Assembly (NCBI RefSeq): GCF_002105155.1
Contig: NW_019028990.1
Coordinates: 1-64,000, forward strand
DNA: 64,000 nt
Direction of reading: 5' to 3'
Origin: Lobosporangium transversale
Lineage: Eukaryota
Positions within the stretch are counted from its first letter, which is position 1; every line of letters begins with the position of its first letter. The position numbers were made by a program, and so were the translations under genes. The notes under the pieces were generated by a model. The model worked only from the letters and a program-made list of their open reading frames with translations, searched no databases and was not told the DNA's origin. Positions 8,723 to 20,322 of the stretch are shown one piece after another.

Positions 8723-11700
8723 ATGCACACACTTCCTCCTATCAATGATTCGTCAGAAAGCTTAAATTTCTCTCCAATGGAAAAAACTAAAAATGTAAAT
8801 AATGAGCCATGTGCCGGAGATAAATTAAACCTAAACACTCACCATACCAATGGCCACCCGATTTCTGTATCTTCCTCTCCACAACCTTGCCTCCTCGAGG
8901 TGTCTAGAACATCTGAGCCAGTGGACCTGGACCCACTCCAATCTCAGTCTAACCTAGCACCTCCCCTCTCCTTCAAGAACCAGCAACGCCACTCACGCAA
9001 GAAGGCCCTTCGACTACAATCCTTCACAGTCGACATCGCTGCCCATACCTTACTCACATTCCTTGGTGCTGTTAATGGCCGTCCTGCCAGGATTTTAATC
9101 GATGGTGGCGCCGAGGGTAACGTCATTAGCTCCTCATTCCAAAAACAAAACTCCATTCCTCTTCATTCCTGTTCACCCATTCCAATTGTACTCCCTAACG
9201 GCGACCGCTCCATCACCCAACATACTGTTTCCATTACTCTTGAACGCGACACCTATTCCGACACTCTCCACCCACTCGTCTACCCCCTCAAACACTATGA
9301 CCTCATTCTTGGCAAACCTTGGCTTACCGCAGTTAACCCATCTATCGATTGGCGCACCAATGATCTCCACTTCACACACAATGGTAATACCGTGCGCTGG
9401 TCATGCAGGGGGTTCCAATCAAATTCCATTACAGCTAAGTCTCGCGGCCTACTTATGAGCCACATGCATTTCCAAACTGTCGCGGCACAGCCAGACAGCG
9501 AGGTTTACCTCGCCACAGTAAAACTCCCTCAGCTCTCAACAAATGCCACTTCCGACATACACCCTGATATTGCATCAATTATACAAGTTGAGATCCCTGA
9601 TGTCTTTCCTGACTCACTCCCTGCAGGTCTTCCACCAGACCGAGGCGATTCTATGAAGATTGAAACAGACCCTAATGCAGATCCACCCTTTCGCCCTGTG
9701 ATTCGCCTCTCTATCGCTGAGCTCGACGAGTTGCGCAAACAGCTGGATGAGCTCTTAGCTAAGGGATTTATTAAGCCCAGCACATCACCTTATGGAGCTC
9801 CTGTCCTTTTCGTCAAAAAGAAAGATGGAACCCTTCGCATGTGCGTGGATTACCGTGGTTTGAATAGAATCACACGCAAGAATCGCCGCCCACTTCCGCG
9901 CATCGATGAGCTCATCGACCGCTTTCGAAATGCGAAATATTTCTCAAAACTCGATCTAATGTCAGGATACCACCAACAGCGGATCTTTGACGCACACACT
10001 CATAAGACAGCATTTCGTTGCAGATATGGTCACTATGAATTTAATGTTGTTCCATTTGGTCTAACCAATGCTCCTGCTTCGTTCTCCACCATGATGTCAC
10101 AAGCGCTGGGTCCAGTATTAGATAAATGTGTAGTACTCTACCTGGATGATATTCTAATTTACTCCAAGAACAAGACCGAGCATCTGGCCCATATTCGCAG
10201 TATACTCTCGCTCCTCCGGAAGAATCGTCTCTATGCCAAACTTAGCAAGTGCTCCTTTATGCAATAAGAAACTGAATTCCTAGGGCATGTTGTTTGTAAA
10301 GACGGCATCAAGACAAGCGCTGGTCATGTCAAGGCTATCAAGGAGTGGCCTCAGCCCACCAAGCAGAGAGATGTACAACAGTTTATTGGCCTTGCTCAGT
10401 TCTATTAGCAGCACATTCGTGACTTCACCACTATTGCCTTACCCTTGACTGCTCTCTTAGGTGACAGTGCCACTTTTTCTTGGGATGAAGAAAAAGAGCG
10501 CGCATTTGCTACCTTGAAAAATGCCATAACCAAGGCCCCTGTGCTCACAATATTTGACCCTGACCTAACCACCACAGTAGAGACGGATGCCTCGGGATTC
10601 GCTATTGGTGCTGTATTATTTCAAACAGATGAGCATGGAGAGTCCCGCCCAGTAGCGTTTACATCTGAAAAATATTTTCAGATAGATAGTAACAGTAGAA
10701 AAAGTAAGTGAGAATAAGATGTGGGTCCACACACCACACCCATGGATTCTTTATTCATTTCTGGTAGAGGGGCTTGTACCAGATAACTACATATCTATCT
10801 ATAAGACAGCATGGGTTCTCATGTCAAAGATTTGTCGCGTCTTAGTGTGACGCTTTATTGCCACTAGTTTCTACTGCTAGTTTTATTTTTTATCGTACTA
10901 TTTCTGAAATTTCTCTAGTATGTTTTTTTAAGATCTTCCTAGTTTTTTTAGTCGAACCATTATTATATTGCATACTGAAATATGCAACAACATCCAAGAA
11001 ACTAAGTTCAGCCGAGAAGAATTACCCATCACATGAGCAAGAATTATTAGCAGTCGTTCATGCACTAAGGACCTGGCGTTATTACCTCGATGGCACTCAC
11101 TTCGTGGTATACACCGACCACGCTACCTTGCGTCACTTTCCAACACAACCCAAATTAACACGGCGGCAAGCGCGCTGGATGGAGCTACTCCAGGAATATG
11201 ATTTTGATTTCAAGTACAAGCGTGGATCTGATAACATTGTTCCAGATGCACTTTCGAGACGACCAGATCACCAAGATCCGCCATCCATTTCTGTCAAGTC
11301 ACTCGCGATCGAACTGGAGCCAAGCCTAAAGCAACGTCTGATTGACAGCTATGCTGACGATCCAAAACTAGCACTGATATACAGAGGCTGCCTTGAAAAA
11401 CGCCCTCCGCCTCGCTACTCGCTTCATGATGGCCTTCTATGTGTCTTACGCCGCGGAACAAATGTTGTCTGTATCCCACAAAAGTCTGATATTCGCCTTG
11501 CACTCCTCCATGATGCTCATGACTCTGCCATAGCTGGCCATCTTGGCTTTGACAAAACCTATGATACTCTCCGCCGCTATGTGTTCTGGCCTAGGATTGC
11601 TCGTGATACTCGTACCTATGTCCAAACCTGTGAAAGCTGCCAACGCAACAAGGCCAGCCATCAGCACCCCGCAGGCCTACTCAACCCTCTCTCTATCCCA

Positions 11701-12790
11701 AAAGAACGCTGGGAAACCGTGACAATGGATTTTATAGTCAAGCTCCCCAAGACCCCCAGAGGTTTCGACGCCATCACAGTGTTCGTTGATAAACTTTCCA
11801 AGCAAGTACACTTTGTTGCCAGCACCACCAAGGACAAGGCCTCGGACGTGGCAAGGATCTTCTTTGACAACGTATTCAGGCTCCATGGTATGCCCACTAC
11901 CATTGTCTCGGATCGTGATACAAAATTTACTAGTAAGTTCTGGCAAGAACTACACCGTCTCATGGGTTGCAAACTTGCCCTTCTACAGCATTTCATCCGT
12001 AGACTGATGGTCAGACAGAGCGAGCCAATCAGACCTTGGAGTCGATCCTCCGTGCCTTTGTCGACCAGCGACAAACCCATTGGGACTTATTGCTTTCCGA
12101 TGCAGAATTTGCCTACACCAACTCGGTCAACGCATCAACTGGATTTTCTCCTTTTTTCTTGAATGCCGGATTCAACCCGCGCGTTCCAGCATCTTTACTA
12201 CAGTCTACTCTGCACCCCTCATCAAACCCTTGTGTCAAAGACTTTGTAGAATCTCAGAGCGAGGCGCTTATATTGGCAAAGGAGGCCCTGGAAGAAGCAA
12301 GGGAGAGACAGGCAAAAGAGCAAACGCTCGCAGGAGTGACCACTCATTCGCAGTTGGAGACCAAGTACTACTCAACACAGACGATATTACCAATGATGCT
12401 GAGAAAAACAGGCCGACACAAAAGCTCCGAGCTTTATTCGCTGGACCTCATACCATCGTTGAACAAATCTCGCCTGTATCATTCCGATTGGAGCTTCCAA
12501 GCACGATGAAGATTCATGATGTGTTCCATGTAGACCGTTTTAAAAAATTTATCCCATCACCAGAGGCCTTAGGGCCTAGAGTACCAGCACGGCCGTCTCC
12601 TGAGATCATCGAGGATGAAGAAGAATACGAGGTAGAAGCCATTTTAGATCATCGAATCAGCAACAACCGCCAGGAATTCCTCATCAAGTGGAAGGGCTAT
12701 CCCAGAGAAGACTCTACTTGGCAACCACAAAGTACTCTTACCAACTGCACCATGATGCTTAAGAAGTACAAGAAAGCACATAGACTATAA
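8723..12790 (+). pseudogene. Pol polyprotein (protease, RT, RNase H, integrase, chromodomain) with stops, frameshifts and a solo-LTR insertion
   Basis: ILIDGGA; YLDD; ETDASGFAIGAVL; HHCC and DDE integrase; YEVEAILDHR..FLIKWKGYP..DSTW; stop at 10265, frameshifts near 11980 and 12310. Confidence 0.9.
10666..10989. mobile_element. Solo LTR (324 bp) of another family, inserted in RNase H
   Basis: TG..CA ends; 5-bp TSD ACATC at 10661-10665 and 10990-10994; removing it restores RPVAFTSKKL. Confidence 0.85.
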
Positions 12791-12917
12791 TTTTTTTAAA
12801 ATGGGAAGGTGTAACAGTATATAGCCTTAAGCCTATAAAAAGGCTTCTTTTAATATTTATAATAAAATCACCTTTTGTCTTCACTACCTATTACAGTCTC
12901 TCGCAGCCTACTATAAC

Positions 12918-12957
12918 CAGTGCTCCTTATTCGAACCATTCGAATCGAATACCACTG
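12918..12957. mobile_element. Truncated hAT-like MITE remnant
   Basis: CAGTGCTCCTTATTCGAACCATTCGAATCGAAT matches the start of the 5763 MITE. Confidence 0.6.
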
Positions 12958-13016
12958 GTTGTCGGGAACCTAGGCTTAGGGCAAGGCAGAATAACCTTTT
13001 CCAGACTAGGCAGAGG

Positions 13017-13114
13017 CAGTGCTCCTATTCAAACTGAAATTTTGTCAATTATGATGATTCAGATTAAAAAAATAAATATCAATTGACAAAATTTCAGTTC
13101 GAATAGGAGCACTG
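13017..13114. mobile_element. hAT-like MITE, 98-bp class
   Basis: Long TIRs beginning CAGTGCTCCTATTC; 8-bp TSD GGCAGAGG. Confidence 0.9.
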
Positions 13115-13703
13115 GGCAGAGGAATAGGTAGAGGAATAGGCGATATAGGAACAGGATCAAGGGTCAAGGAAAGCTTAGGAGTTATACACTATCATGCAAA
13201 ACTGAATAAATAACTCATTCCCATGTGCATTTCTTTTTTTCATTCCTAGAAACCGTATATGCATACACCACTCATACTTTGCTTTAATAAAGCTCCCATC
13301 TTCTTCTACGTCGTAGTTATGCGTTGTGACATTAGCTTGTCTCATTTAGAAAGTTTATGAGTTTTTTATTCATGCAGGTCACTTTTTCAGTTTTGCATGT
13401 GGTCTAAAATGTTGCCCATGACAACTGCTGGACGTCGTTTAATGCAAGTAAAAGAAGGACTTTTCTCTCTTTCCTTTATGAACACTGGCTTAACTCTCTC
13501 TTAACTCTATCTTCACAGAATATGAGACCCACTCCACAAAGGAAAGCCAACGAAGCCATGAGGTTAATTATGGGAGGCATGTCTACTAGAGAAGCTGCTG
13601 CTAGTGTCGGTATATCACAATGGACGGCCAACAAGATCTATGCAAAGAATAAGGAGTACATGCCAGTCAATAAAGGCGGTCGACCAAGGAAAGTAGTTAG
13701 AGA

Positions 13704-13801
13704 CAGTGCTCCTATTCGAACTGAAATTTTGTCAATTGATATTTATTTTTTTAATCTGAAACATCATAATTGACAAAATGTCAGTTCGAATAGGAGCACT
13801 G
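13704..13801. mobile_element. hAT-like MITE, 98-bp class (inverted relative to the 13017 copy)
   Basis: Same TIRs; 8-bp TSD GTTAGAGA. Confidence 0.9.
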
Positions 13802-13972
13802 GTTAGAGATATCATTCAGTATCTTAAGGTGAACATGAAGCGAGGTACACTAAGTCTACAGTTGAGGCCACCGTCAGAGCCAATCAGCTCATACCAGCGG
13901 CTGTTTCTGAGACCACCGTTAGACGAGGGCTCAAGGAGTTGGGATTGACAGCAAAGAGGCGTGTACGTAAGC

Positions 13973-14509
13973 TGTCAAGGACTGACAAAGGGTTTGCAAG
14001 GAAAGGTAAGTGAATGAATAACAAGAATGATAATGAGCTGAGAACTAGAATGGATTCACGAATAGTTTTATTGCAGACTGAGGTTTACTATGTTACAAAT
14101 CTATCATATTTATACTTGTTTGACTGAAGCGGAGACGCGCTTCAAGAACTCTAAATAAAGCTTACTCAAATATTTCCTAAGGACTTTTACCATATGCGGA
14201 ACTTCAAGTGTTGAGTTAACTTAATACACAGGATCCGAGGAAGATATCTGGTGCAATCTTATTTCAAGGTTCCTTGGCACTATAAGCCTTGGTTATTGGT
14301 TTATAGCTCTTCTAGAATCCTTGGAGCTATTCACGGAGCTAGAAAACTAGGAGACGCGACTTGGCTTGACAGGCAAACTATGCATGGAGGAATGAGTGAA
14401 GGAAATGAGCGGAACAAATTAATCAAGCACACGTGATCTTTTTCAGATTCGAATCAGACAAAAGTCATTCATCAATTCATGAGCTAGACATTGCTTGCTG
14501 TTCGTGACA
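13973..14509. mobile_element. Solo LTR (537 bp)
   Basis: TGTCA..TGACA ends; 5-bp TSD TAAGC at 13968-13972 and 14510-14514. Confidence 0.85.
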
Positions 14510-15889
14510 TAAGCCAGCTTTACGTCGACGACATATTAAAGCCCGTTTGCATTTTCTCAACAAGTATAAGGAATGGACTCTGGAAGATTGGAAAAAGGTT
14601 ATTTGGTCAGATGAATCGAAAATAAACCGAATCTGCTCTGATGGCGTGCAGTGGTTCTGCGACGACAATCCGGGACGCCTCACTCGCAGGGCGGTGCAAG
14701 ACACTGTCAAATTTGGGGGTGGTAACGTTAAAGTGTGGTCATGCTTCTCATGGTACGGACCTGGATACATTGCAAAGATTGACAATAATATGGGCGCACA
14801 ACTTTACATCAAACTACTCCAGGAGGATCTACAGATGTCGCTTGATGACTGGGACCTAACTAAAAGCGATATCGTCTTTCAGCACGACAATGACTCGAAG
14901 CACACGGCGAAGATTGTTAGGAAGTATTTGGAGTCAGTACATCTGACAGAAGAGGAAGGTACACTTCTAGAGTGGCCAGCACAATCCCCTGACCTCAACC
15001 CTATTGAACACATGTGGGCAGAATTGGATAGGCGGCTCTCTAGGTATCCGGAGCGAGCTAAGAGTTGTGATGAACTATGGGAGCGAATATCTGTTGAATG
15101 GTATAGAATCCCAGTGGACTTCTGCCGCAAAATCATCATAGGTATTCATAAGAGACTCCAAGCTGTCAGTGACGCCCATGGTTGGAATACTATCTATTGA
15201 TGTAAAGATATGGCTTACAAAAGAATAAAGATCTTCGGCCATCGAATGAGCACATGCAAAACTGAAAGAGAGACCTGCATGAACAAAAAAGTCATTAACT
15301 TTCTAAATGAGACAGGCTAATGCCACAGCGCATAACTATGACGTAGAAGAAGACGGGAGCTTTATTAAACCAAAGTGTGAGTGGTGTATGCATATACGGT
15401 TTTTAGGAATGAGAAAAAAATGGACATGGGAATGAATTATACTTTCAGTTTTGCATGATAGTGTATGACGTTGTGGACGAGATGGTGTGAGGGGTCACCG
15501 CCACACCTCTAATCATTAAGGTTTACCACTATTTTCTACGTGTCAATCTTGAAGCTAAAGTATTATACAAACCGTTATGAGGTGATATAAAAGCATGAAA
15601 TATGAATTAAAAAGAAAAGAAAAGATGGTGATGCAGCAATCATTATATTTTTACATAATTGATCACCTACTTTTTGAAATAAAGGGAAAAAAACAAATAA
15701 AAAAAAATCGTTATTAATTTAAATTTTATTGGTGTTGCTATTGATTCTTTGTTGAACAAAATAGAAACTATTTTCAGAAGACACTGTTTTCAGTGTTGTC
15801 AATGCTATGCCTTTGTTTTTTCCTTGATGATGCTTGTTCATTGATTTCATCCTTGATTTGTTCCTGGATTTTGCTGAACAGCCAAATCA

Positions 15890-17438
15890 ATTTCCGACAA
15901 TGTAAATCCACTCTATTTTCGAAGCTTGTGTAGGTAGGCATGATCCTCCAGGGTGATACGCGCTACTCGATATGCTACACTCTCATCTTCTTGCATGGTG
16001 CATTCTAGAAAATGCCGATGCCTTCCATCAGTCACAATACCGTATGATCGGAGTTTTTTATTTGATCTGCTTATCCCCACAGATTCCTGACCCTTATCAT
16101 CATCTAATTCATCCGAGATCCTCTTCCTTTTTTTCTCCCAAAGCGCTGATTCGATTTAAACAATATTTTGAGCGAATCCTTGGTGTATGTTTTCATGTTT
16201 CACCTCGGTGACTCCCAAAGTATACTCATTGGTGTGGTAAGATTTCCTGGCATGTACTGAGTAGTCGACTGGACCATGGCCGCGACGTCCTTGTATTTCT
16301 TGCTCTAAATCAAGCACTAGATCATCATTAAACTATTCTGTAACAGCAATCAAAGAGGATCTTACGATAAGAGAACGAGACGCCTCATTGGCATAAATAT
16401 CCTTCATGGTATTTGGTCGTTTCTTGAGCTCTTGGATGAGTTCGTCCTTGAGTGGCATGGCTTTTTCAGATTCTAGAGGAGCTGCCTCAATACCTACGAA
16501 ATAAGGTAGATCTGCTATTGTCGGCTTACTGCTGTCACATAGGTTGTACTCTGCACATACTTCGTCAAATGTCCTTGATGAGTAGCATTTGGACGGACAC
16601 GCTAACGAAATATAAAGATTGCAATTTCGCTTCTTTGTAAGTATCAATGTTGTTTGCAAATAATCGCCATCCAGAATTATTTGGTACTTTGATGTCGATA
16701 AAGGCCCATCGTAACTATAAATCAGTAAATATGGGTTGTTCCGATGCGATGGTGCAAGTTGTAGTAATACTTCTTTGAATTTGTTGAGAGTAGCAGATTG
16801 AATGTTACAGTTCCAAGGCGAGCTTTTTTGATGTCTCTAAAAAAGATCAAGAACCCTATTCATCAAATTATCCAGCTATAAAATTAGAAAGTGGCACTTT
16901 ATAAAAATCACTTATACTGGTGAAATGGTTGCATATGACTTACTGGTGGGACCATCAAGGAAGCAAGTCAAGTCAGAGAGCATCTTTCGAAGTACGGCAA
17001 CCTCTGGCATCACTGACACTACTAAGTAATAAAATAAGAAATTTAAAACAAATGTATGAGAATCCAACTTAATCATTACGAGAAAAAAAAAAAAAAAAAA
17101 AAAAAAAAAAACAATTAAAAAGGGTCCGCTTGTACAATACCTGGCCGTTCAACAATGACGTTGATAGTCTCCTCAGGCAGAGGTGATGTGCCAAATACCT
17201 TTAACATGTTGCTTGTTGGACGAAGCTTTTTTGCATTTGGGTGTTTTGAAAGTGTAATAGTTTTCCCGTCCTCATCATCTGTGATTACGATGGCAGCATG
17301 CCAGATATTCAATTTGTCGGCATCATTTTCTTTTTTCTTTTTGATTGCTTCTTTGAGATCACCAACTGTATCACTTGACAAAACAACAACTGAAAAGGGT
17401 GTTGAATCACCTTCAAGGATACAAAATAGTTTGAGCAT
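15890..17438 (-). pseudogene. Crinkler (CRN)-family gene with a C-terminal REase-like domain, disrupted; 3' end approximate
   Basis: N-terminus LKLFCILEGDSTPFSV..TVGDLKEAIK..DADKLNIW..INVIVERP; C-terminal GRRGHGPVDY..LGVTEVK..GFAQNIV*IESAL..YGIVTD with in-frame stops. Confidence 0.8.
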
Positions 17439-17579
17439 GGCAGGATTGGAAAAAGAGAAGTTGATGTGGAGATTTATTTGCAGGAGGTGAGTATATATTG
17501 AAAGTGGCTACTAATGTACCGATTTCATCACTGATATTTGTTTTGTGCTGTACATCAACCTCGTATGAGTATTGGATTA

Positions 17580-18318
17580 TCAAATATGGAGAGCAGTTTC
17601 TGAGCAGACATGCAGAATTCTACGGTTCATATCACAAACAGCCTGAAGGTTCAGCGAATAGTTCCCATGGCAATCATCGTAAAAGTCGCCCATATACTCT
17701 GGACGACGGGAAAGAGGGAGCGTCGTCCCATCGATAAAGCCTATGCATTCATGAAAACCTTTTTTCGCCATCTCCTTAGTGTGCATCGCTCGTCGCCCAG
17801 CTGTAGACCACAGGAGATACTGGGGTTTCAGAGAGTTGAGCACCTTCAACATCCTATCGAAGGACTGAGTACATCTCCTTTCTGACATATTCCAGTAATC
17901 TGTCCATCGACTATGCTATGCCCGCTCCTTTTGTATACTCACCTATCCAATGTCACGACCAATGTCACGACCAATTGCACACCCACAGGTGGTTGGGCCT
18001 CTGAAAACTCAGAAAATCCCTCGATCTTCTCCATAAGGCAATAGAACACTTCCTTATGCATCCTCAGTATAGCCATCCACTGGCGACCAGAGAAACTGCT
18101 GAGCTCTCGCGAACAGAGCGCCTCTGTCTTTTCACATTCCACTCTTTCCGCTCATTCGTTCCTTTTAGGTGGACCGCTAACTCATTCAGCAAATCCCCTA
18201 AATCTTCTGTTCCAAAAATGAACCCCACTGCTATCTCATCAAAGAAATCAATTTCAGTGTTGTCAAGGTTATTCTCTAAGTCATCCACTTCCATGGGATC
18301 TATGTCCGTAAAGCTCAC
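17580..18318 (-). pseudogene. PIF/Harbinger (HARBI1-like) transposase remnant
   Basis: LRMHKEVFYCL..QLVVTL; GFHECIGFIDGTTLPL..RP..YSLNLQAVCD..RILHV across broken frames. Confidence 0.8.
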
Positions 18319-19875
18319 AAAATCCTCAGAAGCTCACAAAATCCTCAGATGCGTCCCACTTGGATTGTGGCTTTCTGGCAGCCTTATTAAAACATTGTAG
18401 CCAGCTTCCTAGAAATTTGCTTGACACGATTTTGACCGCTTAAAAAGAATTAATTAGACAAATTAGAGGACAGGAAGAAAGTGAGAATAAAAATGCCATG
18501 TCCATGGGTATTTATTCATAAATAAATCCATACGTTATCCTTATACTCAATCTGATATGAAGACAAAAGAGCGCAAATGCCTCTCAAAAAATCAATGGTC
18601 AAAATTAAAGTTTAAAATAAGGTTTTAAGGTTAAAGCTTATGACGTTGACAAATCTATGGACCAGTGCCCTCTTGCTCATCTTCTTGTTACTCTTCAAGG
18701 ACCTGCTTTTCTGGACGCTTCAATGGGTTGATAAATTGATCGTGCGCTTTCAGAAACATGCATGAGAAACTACTTTTGTCCAACTTAGCTGCCACCTACT
18801 TTAGTCCTCACTATTGCCGATCGCTTGTTTACCGTTCTGAATACAGTGGCAATGCGATATTCCATATGGCGGATAAACAATCGCCATTCCGATAAAACCT
18901 TTTCTATATAATTTTGTTGCGCAACTCAGGATCATGCGCTATAGGGATGACGGCGGGAGAAGGATGATGGTATCTGCTCTACATCACAAGTACGTGTTGA
19001 GAGTGGATTCTAGCTTGATTTTGATCCTAACGTGGGCTGATCTAAATAAAAGCAAGGAATGGAGGATCCTTAATGGCGATGAATGATGAAATGTTTTTGT
19101 TGGATGCGACAATTTAAAGCGATTTTTTGTGAAAAATGCCATTTAGTTACTCGTTTTCGAAGATAGGTGCCGATTGCTAAACTTCAAAAAGAACAATAGT
19201 TTGATCGAGTGTACGAAGAATATCGCTTTCCTTGTTGTAATTTTTTAATGAATTATTAAACAGCTTGCTGACCCAATCTGGCATTTTCACCATCGACTAT
19301 AGCCTTAGTTCTAACCTTGCTAAAGGCAACACCTGCCAGATCAGCTCCTTTCTTAAGACTTTCGCTGTTTGCAAGCGTAAAGAGACTGTAGGACTGCATC
19401 ATATGACTGAATGAGGGGTATCATACTCTAAATACATAATAAGTAATGGGTTAATGGGCTCAATAATTTATTGGCTGATGAGCTTCGTCAAGTATTGCAA
19501 TGTCCATTGCTTTCTGAAGAGAGCCCAGGCTAAGGAGTTATCCTTAGGTCGAAGGGGCTATTGTCATTTTTCAGCATGAATGACACGCTAATACCTCCTA
19601 ATGACGACGGCTCCCTAATTCCAAGGCGCATAGTAGAGATGAACAATGTATTGTACGTCTCGAAGTTATTCATCATATTTTGACATCATTATCAATAGCC
19701 ACGCTCCTTGGGAACCTGGAATCAATTTTTGCGAGGTTTTCCCTTGCGTTATCAGTCTAAGCTTTCATAGTCGTGGAAAAGGAGTGAGTGTGATGAATGC
19801 AGCGATTGTTAAATAGCAGTAGAAAACACGTTCGGTGGTCAAGCACTCATCATGAAGACGAAAATATTGCATGTA

Positions 19876-19942
19876 ATTGATATATATTTTTTTAATCTGA
19901 AACATCATAATTGACAAAGTTTCAGTTCGAATAGAAGCACTG
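19876..19942. mobile_element. Truncated 98-bp-class MITE (right two-thirds)
   Basis: Matches 13735-13801; ends TTCGAATAGAAGCACTG. Confidence 0.75.
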
Positions 19943-20221
19943 CATACAGATTTTTTAAATTTAATGTCTCTACCATCTTCCTCGGATTGCTATCCATAAC
20001 ATTCTTAGAGTTGATGATCCCATCTCCTTCACTATTCCTATTCGACCCAGTTTCTGCAGACTGGTCCTCTTAAACCTTGCACTGAAAGAGGATTCACCGC
20101 AGTAGATTTTACATCCTTGAAAAAATAAAAACAGGTTGATAACAACTTTTGAATTTATGATAGCTTTCGTGCAAAAAAAGTGTCAGAAACCCACTTTTTT
20201 TTTTTTTTTTTTTTTTTTTTT

Positions 20222-20253
20222 TGGATTTGGATTTGGATTTGGATTTGGATTTG
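20222..20253. repeat. (GATTTG)n microsatellite after a poly-T tract
   Basis: About 5 direct copies. Confidence 0.8.
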
Positions 20254-20322
20254 GCGGTTACCTCAATTTATTTATTTATACACATTAAATCATTTGAACA
20301 GGATAGGAATAAAAATACAAAT

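Larger units (their letters stand above)
7523..12895 (+). mobile_element. Near full-length chromovirus Ty3/Gypsy LTR retrotransposon, decayed
   Basis: 86-bp LTRs at 7523-7608 and 12810-12895 (3 mismatches); PBS-like TGTTAGCAAAGC; PPT ATGGGAAGG; order gag-PR-RT-RH-IN-chromodomain; no clean TSD. Confidence 0.93.
13522..15200 (+). pseudogene. Tc1-C transposase pseudogene
   Basis: MRPTPQ..GGRPRK, then KRRVRK|PALRRRH after removing the LTR; WSDE, QHDN, SPDLNPIEH. Confidence 0.9.
13187..15463 (+). mobile_element. Tc1-like DNA transposon C (DD39E) with ~215-bp imperfect TIRs, interrupted by a MITE and a solo LTR
   Basis: TIRs at 13187-13400 and 15251-15463; TA TSD at 13185-13186 and 15464-15465. 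Confidence 0.9.

Noticed and set aside
7518..12900. Target-site duplication for the plus-strand chromovirus
   Set aside because: Flanks TGACT and GTCTC do not match; at best GACT/GTCT with one mismatch
2411..16170. RIP-like CpA to TpA mutation, suggested by several CAG/CAA-derived stops
   Set aside because: Stop codons are biased towards such changes, and the closely linked Tc1-A pair appears unmutated
19470..19500. Hammerhead ribozyme core (CTGATGA)
   Set aside because: No matching GAAA core or flanking helices
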